A stretch of 64,000 bases of DNA from Sarea resinae (Eukaryota): the NCBI GenBank assembly GCA_026026165.1, contig JAPEUD010000073.1, positions 1 to 64,000 of the forward strand. The letters run 5' to 3'. The notes under the pieces were generated by a model. The model did no database searches and was not told where the DNA came from. It saw nothing but the letters and a program-made list of their open reading frames with translations. A program made the translations under genes and the position numbers. This document shows, piece after piece, positions 24,284-37,211 of the stretch. The first letter of the stretch is position 1, and every line of letters begins with the position of its first letter.

Positions 24284-26297
24284 TTAATCAATCAAGATCT
24301 TGCTTTCCACTTCCGAGAAATGTTCGAAAAAGCTGTCAAAGAGGTTGATTGCGTGCTGGACGTCGTACACGCCTCCAGTCTCGCGAATGCTGTGCATGCT
24401 CAATTGCGGATTTCCTAGGTCCAAGGTTCTGGTCCCCAGCGCGGCAGCGAGCATTGGTCCAATAGTGCTGCCGCAGGACGAGTCGTTTCGCACCACGAAC
24501 AGCTGGAGAGGGACGCCTGAGGACGAGGGGCTCTTGGAGGCAGCACGACGTGCCACTTCCTCCACGAGGACAATACCCGGCGAATTCGTAGCATAACGGG
24601 CATTGGCATTGATCTTGATCACAACACCTGAGGCAGTATCGTCAGCAGGCTAAACACGTGACATCAGATGAGGGGTAAACCTTTGTTCATCTCCGGACGA
24701 TGATCGGACTCGTATTTGGCCGCATAATTTGGATGGACCGAGTGGGCCATATCGGCCGAGATGAGGAACGATGTCGAGAGCGTCTGCTCATATGCTGTCG
24801 TTGTTTCATATTCGGAATTCGCAAACTTATCATAGGAGTGATCTGACTCGGATTCCGAGGACGGAAGGACAGAAAGTCTACGAAGGATTGCTGGTAATAG
24901 ATTTGAATCTGCACCCTGAGCAGTCCGGCTTCCAATCTCCTCATGATCGAAAAGTGAAATGAGTCGAATCGATGATTCGTCGTCAAGAGCAGAAGGGTCA
25001 GATACGGACTCAACCAGACCGACGGTGCTGCAGTAAGACATCATCAGATTATCAAGACGGGCAGAGAAGATGAGCTCATTGTTGATTCCTCCGATGCACG
25101 ATTTTTGCGTGTCATAAAGAACCATCTCAAAATCTTGCACATCCTCGGGCTCGCAGCCTGCTTCGGAAGCTATCAGCTCAACAATGTAAGGGTGATGACG
25201 TTCTGTCAATGCTTTGAGCGGCTGGAAAGTGGCCTTCACTTCCTTCTCCTTGGCGTCTTCGGTCGAGGCCGCGTTGCTCTCTGTATTTCCCTGCCTATCC
25301 AGCTCGGCGGCGACCAGGCCAGCAATTGGGAAAAGTTGTGTTTCTTTGTTGAAGCTGAAGTTCTCCTGTCGGTCCAGATGTATAGCTAGAGTTGGAATTC
25401 GCAGTACTTTAATTGTGAGGTTGGCTGTCAGCGTGTGCTCGTTGAACTTTGAGAATATATCTCCTTACTTGGCCTGTCGACTTTGACCAGCCTCTGGACG
25501 AAGCTACCGTCTGCAGTCTTCACCATGGCTCTGCCAGCGATGCTAAGGTCCCGGTCAAACCCTGAATGGTGATCAGTAGGTGTTTTGTTTCTAAGATGAT
25601 GGCCTCGGATATACAAGTGTGCCATATTCCTCCGCCATACGTCTCGACGCCAACTTGTAAGAACCCGTCACCCTGTTTTTTGCTGACCGGTTTGATACGC
25701 AGGCAAGGAGAGTCCGTATGAGCGCCAACCATGGCCACAGGATTTCCGCTCTAGAACCAAAGAGATGGCAAGTTAGAATAATCATGGTACCGGCACACTC
25801 AGTACGACTCACTTTCCATCTTTTGCCAATGGCGAAAGCGACGATCGAAGACCCATTTCGAGTCAGGTAGTATTTTCCACCCGGACGAAGAGTGGATGAC
25901 CAAGCCTCACGTTCCTGAGCTCTATCAGACCTTGTCACCGGGACTTCACATCAGCTGCTTTTGGACGCACCCTTATCTCCTTGAAGCCCGCTGCGGCCAA
26001 GCGTTCTTTGGCGGAGTTGACGGCATGGAAGGCTGGCGGCGGTCATGTCAATGCGTGGAGAGGCGAAAGCAATCAGGATGGAAGCATACGGGTGGGAGAA
26101 GCGTTAACAAAATCTAGGAAGTCGTTTGCCCTTTGCGTGGAGGGTGCCATGGTGTTGCTCGCGCTCTGCAATGCGAATGATATGCAAGTGGAAAAGCGGC
26201 CTCGCTGTGAGGTTGCAGTGCAAGTTGACGGGAGAGGGAGAACCGGCCTGATGTTCTTTGGGGAGAGGCGAGCGAGGGGGGAAAGGCTGTTTATCAT
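24284..26297 (-). CDS. APE4: Aspartyl aminopeptidase (peptidase M18); alternative start at 26150
   Basis: Exons 26297/26150-26090, 26032-25971, 25914-25813, 25750-25615, 25561-25469, 25406-24681, 24627-24284. [58 protein letters not shown]. Confidence 0.94.
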
Positions 26298-27687
26298 GAG
26301 GTCTGGTCAAGGAGAATGGATCACGATTCCCTCTCGAGGCAGTCTTGAAGCAACTTGGCTCTCTACAGAGTAGTACTACGTAGTGTAGTAGTAATGAGAT
26401 CCATAGATGGCCCAAGCTTCCACTCTGCGCAGATCGGTAGGGTACCTACTGTCCCTATTATGTAGGTAAGGTATGTAGTCATGCGGCGTGGTGACGGGTA
26501 GATACGATGGTAATGGTACCTCATCTCCCATACAGACTCGGTAAGCAAGCCAAGTCACCCGGCCTCGGGCTCGTCCTCACCTCTCCCTGTCGGTGGTTCA
26601 GCGCCAACGTCGACTCCTGGCTTGCTCTTCAGCAAATCAGCATGGGCAGGCTCGTCGCGTCTGGAACAAAACAGAGCGAACCCGAAACACAATAGCATCC
26701 GTACATTCGATCACAACATCCGGACTCAGAAGACCGGAAGAGGCGCGACGATGCCCCCGATGAGCCACCATCATCAGATGGCCACCCGCGACAATGACAC
26801 CCGTTGACATGTGGACGCGAACTCCCGTCCACGACATGAGGCGCGTGCTGAGGTGGGTGAAGGGGTGACCCCATAGAGTACTACAGACAGCGGGAGAGAT
26901 CCTGATGGAGAGGTAGTCTGAAGTAGTCGAGAGGTACCTTTCGTACTCGGCCTCGTTCGATCTACTACTACTTCTGCAGATATGTAATCCGATGAGGACG
27001 GCGCAGTACCTGAGCCATTCAATGGTGCCAGCCTCAATTGATGAATGCATTGTCCGGGAGTGTTCTTCGCCCATGGACTCGAGTCGGGGTCCGCCTCTCC
27101 TCTTCCTCTTCGCACTCGACAATGAAGATGATCCAAATGACCATAAAGCCAGGGCGGGTTGTCGTGGCGGCAGCGGTACCTTCTGGTACAGGCCATGTTG
27201 TATTCGTACCGTCTACCGCCCAATGGGGGTGGTGACACAGCGCGACCGGAAGATCCCCTACTTTCGGTACGGAGTAGTCCCAGGTAGCTTGAAGATCGCA
27301 ACGGCCGTCAACAACCACCTCCCGCCTCCACGACTCTCCTCGAAACCTCCGCCCGTCGTCCTTTGGTGGCGTCTCTGAAGCTGGCACGAGTCCCAGTGGC
27401 TGAGGCGGTCATCTCGCAGATACCAAGTCTCGAGAGATCGAACGAGCTGCCACGGCGATCAGACGAGCCATCTATCACTCACCGTCGAATCCCATCAGCG
27501 ATAACACTACTGATGATCAGATCACCGCGACGGCGAGCGAGGAAAGATTGACAATCCTATGCCTGGAGGCCGACGACATTCTGCGCAACCGATATAGCGA
27601 CAGATCAGACGACCTGGGCCAAAGGCTGGCTGTCCACAGACCCCACTTCGAACCTTCTTCAGCCCCTCACCGACGTCCACATTCATC

Positions 27688-29765
27688 ATGCCCGAGGCCG
27701 AGCTGGACTCGCAGTCAGCGCCGACAGCAGCTGGCCCTCCAAGCGACCGACCACATACGCCTCCATTGGTATCGCCCCCGGGGACGAAGACTCCGCCAGA
27801 CGCAATAGGCAAGCGCATTCACACGAACGGCCATACAACGAATCGCCATGATAGAGGATCCGAAGCAATTGACGCAGACGCTCTGAGCAAGGCCCTCAAG
27901 GAGTTTGAGGAAGCCGGTAGACAAAGGGAACAGACGCCGACAGGAAGTCCTTCCAGGAAACGTCAAAGAGTGTACGGAGATAGGTTAGTTTGGTCTTGGC
28001 TTACTGCTGCGCTGCGCCCTTCGTGTTTGTAATGGCTGGTCTATTCATTGGCCTACATGCGGAAATCCATTTTAGAAGATCTTGCTGCATATCAGCTGGC
28101 ACAACGGCGCCTTTACGTATGAAGGACAATGCTGATTTTCGTTTGATAGATTCATTCCAAATCGAGAAGGGCAAGACCTTCAGGCCAGCTTCAGCTTACT
28201 ACATGAGGATGGTTCGCCAGCAACACCGTCAAGGTCGAAGAAGCGCACTCCTTATGGAGAGCTACACTTTCAGAAGAGTACGCCACCTCACCGTAACGAT
28301 GACTCCATCAAACTCGACTTACTGACATGTGATTTTAGCTGAGGAAGCAAACCGCACATTTTCAACGCTTCTTCGTTCGGAGATCTTTGAATCGTCGATA
28401 CCTCAAGCAACGCCACCAACTTTATCTCCCGACCCAACTTTACCCTCTTCCTCGCACTCGACTACGATCAATGATCCATCACGCACACGCACCCCTCCAA
28501 ACCATAGCTCATCATCATCCCTACCCGCACCGACATTGACCCCCTCTACACCGCATAAAAATCTCTTTACGTACATGTCCCCTCGTCATTACACCAACCT
28601 TTCCGGCCATCCGACTCCAACTAGAACGCCGCAAAGTCGGCATGGGCCAAATTTAAACACCAGATCTGAAATATACAGTCTCTCGCCAGTACGCTTGGAG
28701 AACCAACGGATGCTGCTGAGTCCACGAAAACAGCCTCGAGCAGTCAGCAAGGTCCCGTACAAGGTCCTGGACGCACCTGATCTTGCAGATGATTTCTATC
28801 TCAATCTTGTCGATTGGGGGAGCAGTAATGTATTAGGGGTCGGCCTAGGTTCTTGCGTGTACATGTGGAACTCACAAACTGGGCTTGTAACGAAACTCTG
28901 CGATCTAGGAGATGACACTGTGACCAGTGTCAGCTGGATACAACGTGTAGGTAGCATTTTTTTTTTTGGATCTCATCCCAGTCATGTCCGCTAATTGACT
29001 ATCCAGGGTTCGCATATCTCGATAGGAACGAACAAAGGCTATGTCCAAATTTGGGATGCAGAGCGATGCCGTCGACTTCGAACGATGACAGGCCATACAG
29101 CTCGAGTAGGTGCTTTGGCATGGAACGAACACATCCTTACGTCAGGTTCCCGAGATCGACTGATCTTTCATCGAGACGTGCGTCAACCTGATCAATATCT
29201 TCGGAAACTCGTCGGCCACAAGCAAGAAGTGTGCGGTCTGAGGTGGAACACCGAAGATGGACAACTTGCCAGTGGTGGAAACGACAACAAGCTGATGGTC
29301 TGGGACAAGCTTTCGGAAACACCGTTGTGGAAGTTCAGCGAGCACACTGCAGCTGTCAAGGCAATCGCGTGGTCACCACATCAACATGGCTTGCTCGCGT
29401 CAGGAGGCGGAACTGCAGACCGACGAATCAAATTCTGGAATACCATGACGGGCCAGATGACACAGGAGATTGATACTGGATCTCAGGTCTGTAACCTGGC
29501 CTGGTCAAAGAACAGTAACGAGATCGTTAGCACCCATGGGTACAGTCAGAACCAGATAGTGGTCTGGAAATATCCTAGCATGACGCAGGTCGTGAGCTTA
29601 ACGGGGCACACCTTTAGAGTACTATACCTTGCAATGAGTCCCGATGGTCAGGTTATCGTCACTGGCGCTGGGGATGAGACTCTAAGGTTCTGGAATTGTT
29701 TCCGAAAGAAGGGTGGTGACAGCGGTGGCGGCGGTAGGCTGGACGGATGGGGTATGATTAGGTGA
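27688..29765 (+). CDS. CDH1: APC/C co-activator Cdh1 / Fizzy-related WD40 protein
   Basis: Exons 27688-27983, 28150-28277, 28339-28946, 29007-29765. C-box GDRFIPNR across intron 1, KVPYKVLDAP..DDFYLNLVDW, WD40 repeats, C-terminal IR tail. Confidence 0.95.
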
Positions 29766-30661
29766 CGACTTGAGAGTCGAACGAGTTTCTCTCATTGAAT
29801 ATTTCTCCGCTTCGCAGGACTCATGTTGCACGATGGCGGCCTTGCATCAAACAATCTTGCAAAGCGTGTCTTCTTTGCAAACGCACGGTGGAGTTTCATG
29901 GTTGCTCTCTGGCCAGAGGGCTTGGTGGGGAGGGATCTGGGTAGACGATCTATGAGCTTGATTTCAGCGGTACTAGCGATGCTTCGGGGCTCATTGCACG
30001 GCGTCTTTTGTGAATCTTCTCTCGGGCCTCGCTGCTATGTGATATCCGCCTAGATATTTGACCAAACATGAAGCTCACGATAGTCTGGGGATGCGACTCG
30101 AGAATCTCTAAGGCAGACATGGTCCCTTTGACAACAAAGCGGTTCGTCTGGATTGCTCAACGATGAATAGAAGACTCAAAATACTTCACGATAATCCTCC
30201 ATCTTGATTCACGGGTAGTTGGTTGCTCGGGGTGTGAAGAGATGTGGGTGGTCACGTTGGTCGTGGCTTCCCACATGGTCCATCCAAGGAGTCACCAGAT
30301 ATACTCTATTCATTGCACTTTCCTCTAGATGCCAAGATCTTGATTGATGCAGAATAATGCAAGTTTCTTCGCGCAAATAGGGAACCCCTACTGAGCTATT
30401 ACAACAAGCCCAAAAAGTGCTCCTGTTCTTCTAGTCTTCGTTCTCCGTACAGATCTCAGTATTCATCTTCGTCTGGCCTGCGCGTGCCTGCGCATGCGGC
30501 AAATGGAGAGAAGCGACAGTTTAGCGTCTCCCTGGTCGACGGAGGAAACCGAGCTCAATGGGAGCAAGCAGCCGCAACAACCGTCATCATCACCGCCATG
30601 GTCATTGCAGACTCTCAACAGCTTCACAATGACTTCTAATCTATCACCGTCAATACACAAT

Positions 30662-32744
30662 ATGGACCTCGAGGAGGGCGGATCCCCATGGGGAGGTATG
30701 TTGGACGCTCTCCCGCAGCACAGGCTGCTATCCTCATGCTGTCTCCCCCCGACATGTGAGACTGAACTGACGTGAGTAGATGTGCCGTCGCGTTCCAACT
30801 CAAGCCAGAACCTCGCAAAAGATGCGGAGACAGAGGCTTCCAATGTGCCTGGTACATCCAATTCGTCTTCCTCTTGGACCTGTTCGGTCGCTGATGATGA
30901 CCGCCCTGCAGAAACCCCTTCGAAACCACAGGCGCCAAAACCATCCGCGTCATCTTCACTATCTGCATCGAGATCTCCTGCCGGGAGAGGCCCTCGGACA
31001 CCACGAAAAATTGGGGTTCAAGCAACACGACTTGAAGCAGTGGATGACTCTCTGGGGCCTCTCGGTCCCCTAGGTGACAACTTCCAGGCTTCGACTCCTC
31101 AAGCAGAGCAACCACCACTACCGCCTCAGAAAGAGCAGCCAGTAAATCGCAACACTCGGTCAACGGCATCGACGGCCCAGGACTCACTTAGCTCAAGTAT
31201 GATGGATTCGGTAGACCTGGAGGACTCTGGAGATCATTCGCCAAAAGCGCGCGTGCCACCGCCAGTGCAGCCTGCAGCAAACGAGAGCTTACGAAGGCAG
31301 ACACAACCGAGTATGAGCATTGAGCAGGCTGCAAAACCAACCTTTAATATTACAGTGGGAGATCCACATAAGGTTGGAGATTTGACAAGTTCGCATATTG
31401 TGTACCAGGTTCGAACCAAGGTACGAATACATTCAAGTGATAGCTTTCTCGTGGGATAGAAATTGACGGACCTCCTATTAGACCACGTCAAAAGCTTATC
31501 GCCAACCCGAGTTCTCTGTCGCTCGCCGTTATAGAGATTTTCTTTGGCTATACAACCAATTACATAATAACAACCCCGGCGTCGTGGTTCCACCTCCACC
31601 GGAGAAGCAGGCTGTGGGACGCTTTGATACCAACTTTGTGGAGACTCGGCGAGCAGCATTGGAGCGAATGCTGAACAAAACCGCGGCTCATCCCATCCTA
31701 CAATTAGACGGCGATCTCAAACTGTTTTTGGAGAGCGACGCCTTCAACGTGGATGTCAAGCACAAGGAACGAAAAGAGCCTGGGCTGGGTGAGAGCAAGG
31801 GCATGTTCAGCTCTATGGGCTTCTCCGTTGGCGGTGCTGGTAAATTCATCGAACATGATGATGTTTGTTTATCCTATGCTCCCCCTGATATCTGAATGCT
31901 GATGATGTTGGCAGTGGTTCCATGACCGAAAGGTCTACCTCGACGCGCTAGAAAATCAATTGAAGGCTCTTCTCAAAGCCGTGGATGTTGTCGTTTTACA
32001 GCGGAAGGGCTTGGCTGACGCTGCTGGCGACTTTTCCGCCTCCTTGCATTCCCTTTCTACGGTAGAACTCTCCGCATCCCTCTCCGGACCCCTCGAAGGG
32101 CTCTCGGATCTCCAAGTCCGCGTCCGGGAGCTCTACGAGCGACAGGCCCAGCAAGACGTGCTCACCCTTGGTATCACAATTGACGAGTACATCCGTCTCA
32201 TTGGCAGCATCAAGACGGCCTTTGCACAACGCCAGAAGGCCTTCCATTCGTGGCACGCGGCGGAATCGGAGCTCCAGAAGAGGAAATCGACTCAGGATAA
32301 GCTTCTTCGACAAGGAAAGTCGCAACAAGACCGTCTCAATCAGTTGAGCGCCGATGTTGGCGACGCGGAGCGGAGAGTACATCAAGCGCGATTGTTATTC
32401 GAGGACATGGGCCGGCTGATGAGAGCCGAACTGGAGCGTTTCGAGAGGGAGAAGGTCGAGGATTTCAAATCAGGCGTGGAGACCTTTTTGGAGAGCGCTG
32501 TCGAGGCTCAGAAAGAGGTTTGTCTGATTCTTTAATATCGGCGGGATCCAGCTAACAGTGGACACAGTTGATCGAGCTGTGGGAGACGTACTTGATGCAA
32601 CTGGATGCGGATGACGAAGAGCAGCCTTTTTACAGACCTCCGGCGGTTCCTGCCGCGCCAATGGCAGACGATGGACCAAAGGCGCAAGGGCAGGAGACGG
32701 CTGCCGAAGCAGCGGCTACCACAACGGCCGATCAGGAGGACTGA
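30662..32744 (+). CDS. VPS5: Retromer sorting nexin Vps5 (PX-BAR)
   Basis: Exons 30662-30695, 30780-31420, 31482-31862, 31915-32517, 32568-32744. PX domain VGDPHKVGD..RRYRDFLWL..PPPPEKQAVGRF; BAR end ELERFEREKVEDFK..ELWETY. Confidence 0.93.
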
Positions 32745-33203
32745 GAAGAGCGGCATGGGATGGTTCATCGGGCGTGCGATATCATCAGCCGTCTTGTGTG
32801 CTTGTGTGCTTGTGTGCTTGTGGGATCTTGATGGAGGTTTTATTACAGGACAGTGTAGTTGGGCAGGGCATCACCATTTGCTTCTTTGCTCCCCGTCTGC
32901 AGTCTGGCGATACCAAGAAAGATGATTAGTCTGTACAAAAATCGAAAAGAAAACATGATTCCCCGAGAGTAGTAGTCATCTAGCGCTTGTGATGGAAGGT
33001 GCTTGGAGGGGTAAAGCCGACGGCGTGAGACAACTCCAGATACTGTACAGAAAAGTCTTTCAAACGCTTTCCCACGTTCGACGGGCAAATGACTGGGATA
33101 CTTTTGCGCGCAGAACTGCATGCCCGTCCCAATGTGATAGAAGTCGTCCTCGATGACTGCAACGCCCGAGGAACCCACTCCGCTCGTACTGTGCGCGTGC
33201 TCT

Positions 33204-33731
33204 TCATTTCTTCCCCTTCTTTTTGCCAGCCTTATCGCCAGCAGGCTCATTTCCGTACCCGCTGATCAGATCCAATAGGCTGTCCTCCTCATCCGCCGCC
33301 GCCTCGCCGCCCTCGACACCCTCCTCGGCCGCCGCCGTACTCTCGGCATCCCATCCCCGTCCGAACTTGGCTCGGAAGGCCCTCAGCCGGCCGGCCTCGT
33401 CCTCCTCGACATTCAACAGCTTCTGGCTGCTCGGGTTCCAGAGCGGGCTGTTGCGCGTGTCCTTGGTGCTGCGGAAGATGGGCAGCGGCGACGTGGTGCG
33501 GTGGGTGAAGGTCGAGCCGTCCGAAAGCGTGATCAGTTGCGTGAACGTGTAGGGCCGCTTGGGGCGCCGCAGGAGGGACGCGTGCCGGGTCTGCTGTAGC
33601 GATTGTGATGGCCGGCTGGCGGCGAAGAGGCAGGAGGGTGAGAGCGAGGTGGTGGTCGTTGCTGTTATTGTTGGTATTGTTGTCGCGCGTGGGGAGGCGG
33701 ATGCCCGTCGCAGGGCCAGGGATGCGGACAT
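33204..33731 (-). CDS. MRPL36: Mitochondrial ribosomal protein bL31m (MrpL36-like)
   Basis: R/S/T-rich presequence, then RRPKRPYTFTQLITLSDGSTF..RTTSP..KDTRNSPLWNPS..EDEAGRLRAFRAKFG; single exon. Confidence 0.82.
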   Translation of the reverse strand: MSASLALRRASASPRATTIPTITATTTTSLSPSCLFAASRPSQSLQQTRHASLLRRPKRPYTFTQLITLSDGSTFTHRTTSPLPIFRSTKDTRNSPLWNPSSQKLLNVEEDEAGRLRAFRAKFGRGWDAESTAAAEEGVEGGEAAADEEDSLLDLISGYGNEPAGDKAGKKKGKK

Positions 33732-33963
33732 GGTGGGCGGCGGAGGCAGTTGCTGCTCCCGGTGGTGAGGTAGGATGTCCGACGAGGTTGAGATGATCGA
33801 GTGATTGATGTGGTAGAGTGGAAGAGACTGAGGCTGGCCTCGGTCAATTGTTGTCGAAGGTGGTGTCTGTGGTGATGGCGGTGATGGTGGTGATGGAGAT
33901 TTGAGCTGAGTTGACTTGAGAGAGAGTTTTGCAGGGAAAGCGTAACCGAGGGAGGACGAGAGA

Positions 33964-33999
33964 GACGAAAGTGACGAAAGTGACGAAAGTGACGAAAGT
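33964..33999. repeat. (GACGAAAGT)4 tandem repeat in the divergent promoter
   Basis: Four perfect 9-nt units read directly. Confidence 0.85.
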
Positions 34000-34219
34000 T
34001 GCGAATTCGATGACCCAGTCCAAGTATTCGGCCTCATCTGCTCTCCTCTCGTTCAATTTCCCTTCATTTGTCTGTTGGTGCATCTCGACAAAAGTCTGAT
34101 TCTTCAATTCGTTTGAGCGTCTTGCGTTTTGATCTTCAGTCCGAGCATGCACCCCGTGCGCAAAGACTAAACCATCTCCATCTCCATCTCCATCTCCATC
34201 TTCCCCCGTCACCCTCGAC

Positions 34220-35545
34220 ATGGTGGTTCCCCGCTATAGCAGCGAAATGGCCGCAGCTTTCTCCGCCGCCGCATCACGAAACCAGAAGGTCATCCGCCGG
34301 CCGGCAGCACGACAATTCTTCCAAGCCTTTTACAGCTGGAGCCGGAGGAGTGGCTTCAATCAAGGCCACTGTGGTGTCTTGCCCTCACCACCACCAGCTG
34401 GCCACTCCGCTCTTTCTCACGCCCGTCTTTCAGAAACTCGAAAAGCACGTCTATTCGCCGCGGCTGCAGCAGCAACAGCAGGAAATGCACGCTGCTTTTC
34501 GACGGCTCGATCCTCTTCTGATGCCAGAGCAACAGGGCCGGCGGAAAACCCAGCCACGCCCACCGAGCAAGTCCCAAATGCAGAGAATATTGGATCTCAA
34601 GCGCCAAAGAAAGAGCCATATGCAGCCACGCTCTCTGATCCCCTGCGTACCCTCATGCGCACGATCCCCCACCCAATCGTCGTCGTCACAACAACCTCCC
34701 CCTCTCCCTCCCAACCACCATCGTCCAAGACCCCTATAGAAGACGACCACCACCACCAACAACAGACGCACAACCTACACCCCTCATTCCGAGGCATGAC
34801 GCTCTCCTCCTTCACGACCGTAACGCTCTCCCCCCACCCAACGATCTCATTCAACATCCGCCTGCCCAGCTCCACCTACACGGCTCTCTCGACAAACACA
34901 TCCTTCCTCGTCCACCTGCTGCGCGCCACGTCCTCGGGTGCCGCCATCGCGCACACCTTCACGCAGCCGGGGGACCCGTTCCGCGCGCTCGCCAGCAGCG
35001 GCGTCGACGTAGGCCTGTTACACGGGACCCAAAGGGCGGAAAAGGATGACGGGCCAACAACGCCAGGCCTGCCTCTCCTCGGCGGCGCGGGCGTCAAAAC
35101 CGTGCTCAGGTGCGTGCTTGACCGCCCTGCCATTCCGGTAGGCGACCACGTCATCGTGCTCGGCCGCGTCGTCGGCATCCTCGAACCGCGGCGCCCTCGC
35201 CGAGTCCCCGCCGACCTCGACCCTGGTGTTGATGCAACGATAGACGGGAAAGAAGACGGACGAGAAGGAGGAGGAGGTCTAGCTGCTCATGGCTTGAACC
35301 TCGTATACGCCGATCGCGCCTATAGACATCTGAGCCGTGACGGCGGCAGTAAAATCCTGATCCCACACAGACACGAGGGTCAGCGTCCGAGTCCGCAGGT
35401 AGGCGCACGAGAGACAACAAGAGGACAAGGAGAAACGGGTACAGAGGTCGGGGATGGGAAAGTGCGACGGCCGGAAGCAAAGAAAGACGAAGACGAAAAT
35501 GGAGAGGGCGAGGGCGAGGAAGAGCATCTGGAAGATGATCCATGA
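34220..35545 (+). CDS. Flavin reductase-like domain protein, probably mitochondrial
   Basis: LRTLMRTIPHPIVVVTT..RGMTLSSFTTV..ISFNIRLPS..FLVHLL..GDHVIVLGRV..LVYADRAYR; Arg/Ala/Ser-rich N-terminus; start 34220 or 34247. Confidence 0.8.
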   Translation: MVVPRYSSEMAAAFSAAASRNQKVIRRPAARQFFQAFYSWSRRSGFNQGHCGVLPSPPPAGHSALSHARLSETRKARLFAAAAAATAGNARCFSTARSSSDARATGPAENPATPTEQVPNAENIGSQAPKKEPYAATLSDPLRTLMRTIPHPIVVVTTTSPSPSQPPSSKTPIEDDHHHQQQTHNLHPSFRGMTLSSFTTVTLSPHPTISFNIRLPSSTYTALSTNTSFLVHLLRATSSGAAIAHTFTQPGDPFRALASSGVDVGLLHGTQRAEKDDGPTTPGLPLLGGAGVKTVLRCVLDRPAIPVGDHVIVLGRVVGILEPRRPRRVPADLDPGVDATIDGKEDGREGGGGLAAHGLNLVYADRAYRHLSRDGGSKILIPHRHEGQRPSPQVGARETTRGQGETGTEVGDGKVRRPEAKKDEDENGEGEGEEEHLEDDP

Positions 35546-35993
35546 CTTCCACTCAGTTTCTTCTTTCCTCCCTTTGACTCACGATTTTACCTCTTCCCCT
35601 CCCCGCTCTATATACCTCTCTATATACACGCGATTAAACATACTCTTAGTACGAACAAATACTTTACCATTCGCATCTACTTTCCTTTTACCCTTTTTTT
35701 ATTATCGGTTGAGGGAAAAAGGGGTGGGTGGGTGGCGTTCCAACCTTTCTCAGGGACCTTTGTGATGTACGTGGAAATATCAATGTGAAAGTACTCGACT
35801 CTTCACAGGGGACTTCTCTCTGACTGGACGCTGGACACTGGACGCTGGACGCTGAACACTGGATTCTAGACATGCTTACTCACTCACTCACTCACTCACT
35901 CATTCATTCACTCAACCGATAATAGAGCCATGCCCAACTCTTCTACACACCTAGACGAGTCTCGCAGTCCCCCAGTCCTCCAGTCCTCCAGTT

Positions 35994-35994
<1 letters not shown>

Positions 35995-36030
<36 letters not shown>
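35995..36030. repeat. Poly(C)36 homopolymer
   Basis: Uninterrupted C run; length may be unreliable in the assembly. Confidence 0.9.
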
Positions 36031-36033
<3 letters not shown>

Positions 36034-37211
36034 TCCGGCGGGCGACCATCAACTAGTCATCTCTTCTCATGTACGAATATCCCACACTCTCCACGGGCCA
36101 CGGTCCACGCGTTCACCGGGAGGAAAAGGGGAAAAAGGGGGAAAGAGGAAAAAGGGAAAAGGGAAAGGAGAAAAGGAGAAAGGGACGTCTCAGGCAGGTC
36201 GACCGCGAAGCAGGCAGTCAGGCAGGCAGGCAGGCAGGGCAGGCAGGCAGGGCAGGTACGTCGGTCAGGTAGTCAAGCAAGCAGCCAAGCAAGCAAGCAG
36301 CCAAGCAAGCAATGTAGACATGTCGACTGCACGACACGACACGGCCCTGTACCGTCAAGTTTCATAAATTCCTGAAATCTTTCACTATCTTCACAGATCC
36401 ATGGAGAGGAGTTCTCTCTCTTCTTTCCCTCTTTGTCCTTGTTTACATAAATGAGTTGATGGATGAGTGAATGGGTGAATGGATGAATGAATGAATGAGT
36501 AAATGAGTATATGAGTAAATGAGAAAATGAGTGAATAAAGGAAAGAGGACGTGTGTGTTGATCATCGCCTACACACTTACACACCTACACGTCTACCTAC
36601 ACGTCTATCTACCTGAATACAGAGAGAGAGAGGATCCACATGTGCCGTGCCGTGCCATGCCGTGTCTTACGGAGCCACGGAAGCACGGAGCCACGGAGCC
36701 ATGGAAAAGTGCTGGATTTCGGGATTTCGGGATTTCGGGACGTTTGCCATGGGCCGTACCCTCTAGCCACGTAGGACCGCCATCCATGACATGAGGGATG
36801 GGGGGGTGGAGGCGGCGCGGAGAAGAGAAGAGACATGGTGATGATGACTACGAGGAGGATGTTTACGGAGAGGATGATTACGAGCTTGATGAAAGAAGCA
36901 TAGATGGATAGATTTTTAGATAGGTAGATAGATAGATGCGATGAGAGAAACCCCCGACCGCCTCTCTATTTATCTATCAATCGGAACATCTTGTCCTGCC
37001 TTGTTATGATCAGACGACGAGCAAATCGACATATATCTCACACCCGCCACATCATCCGTCCCACATCCATCCCCACCCGTCGTAGCCTACCATGCATGAC
37101 CACGGCAATCGCCATCCCATCGTAAAATCTTGACAACATAACACACGCCCCGACATTCTTTTCTTTCCAAACCAACCCAGTCGGCGAAGCCCAAGCCAAC
37201 TCGACCCGATC

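Noticed and set aside
26629..27551. Several 100-175 aa ORFs between APE4 and CDH1
   Set aside because: No recognisable domain or coherent splice model; probably divergent promoter and CDH1 leader.
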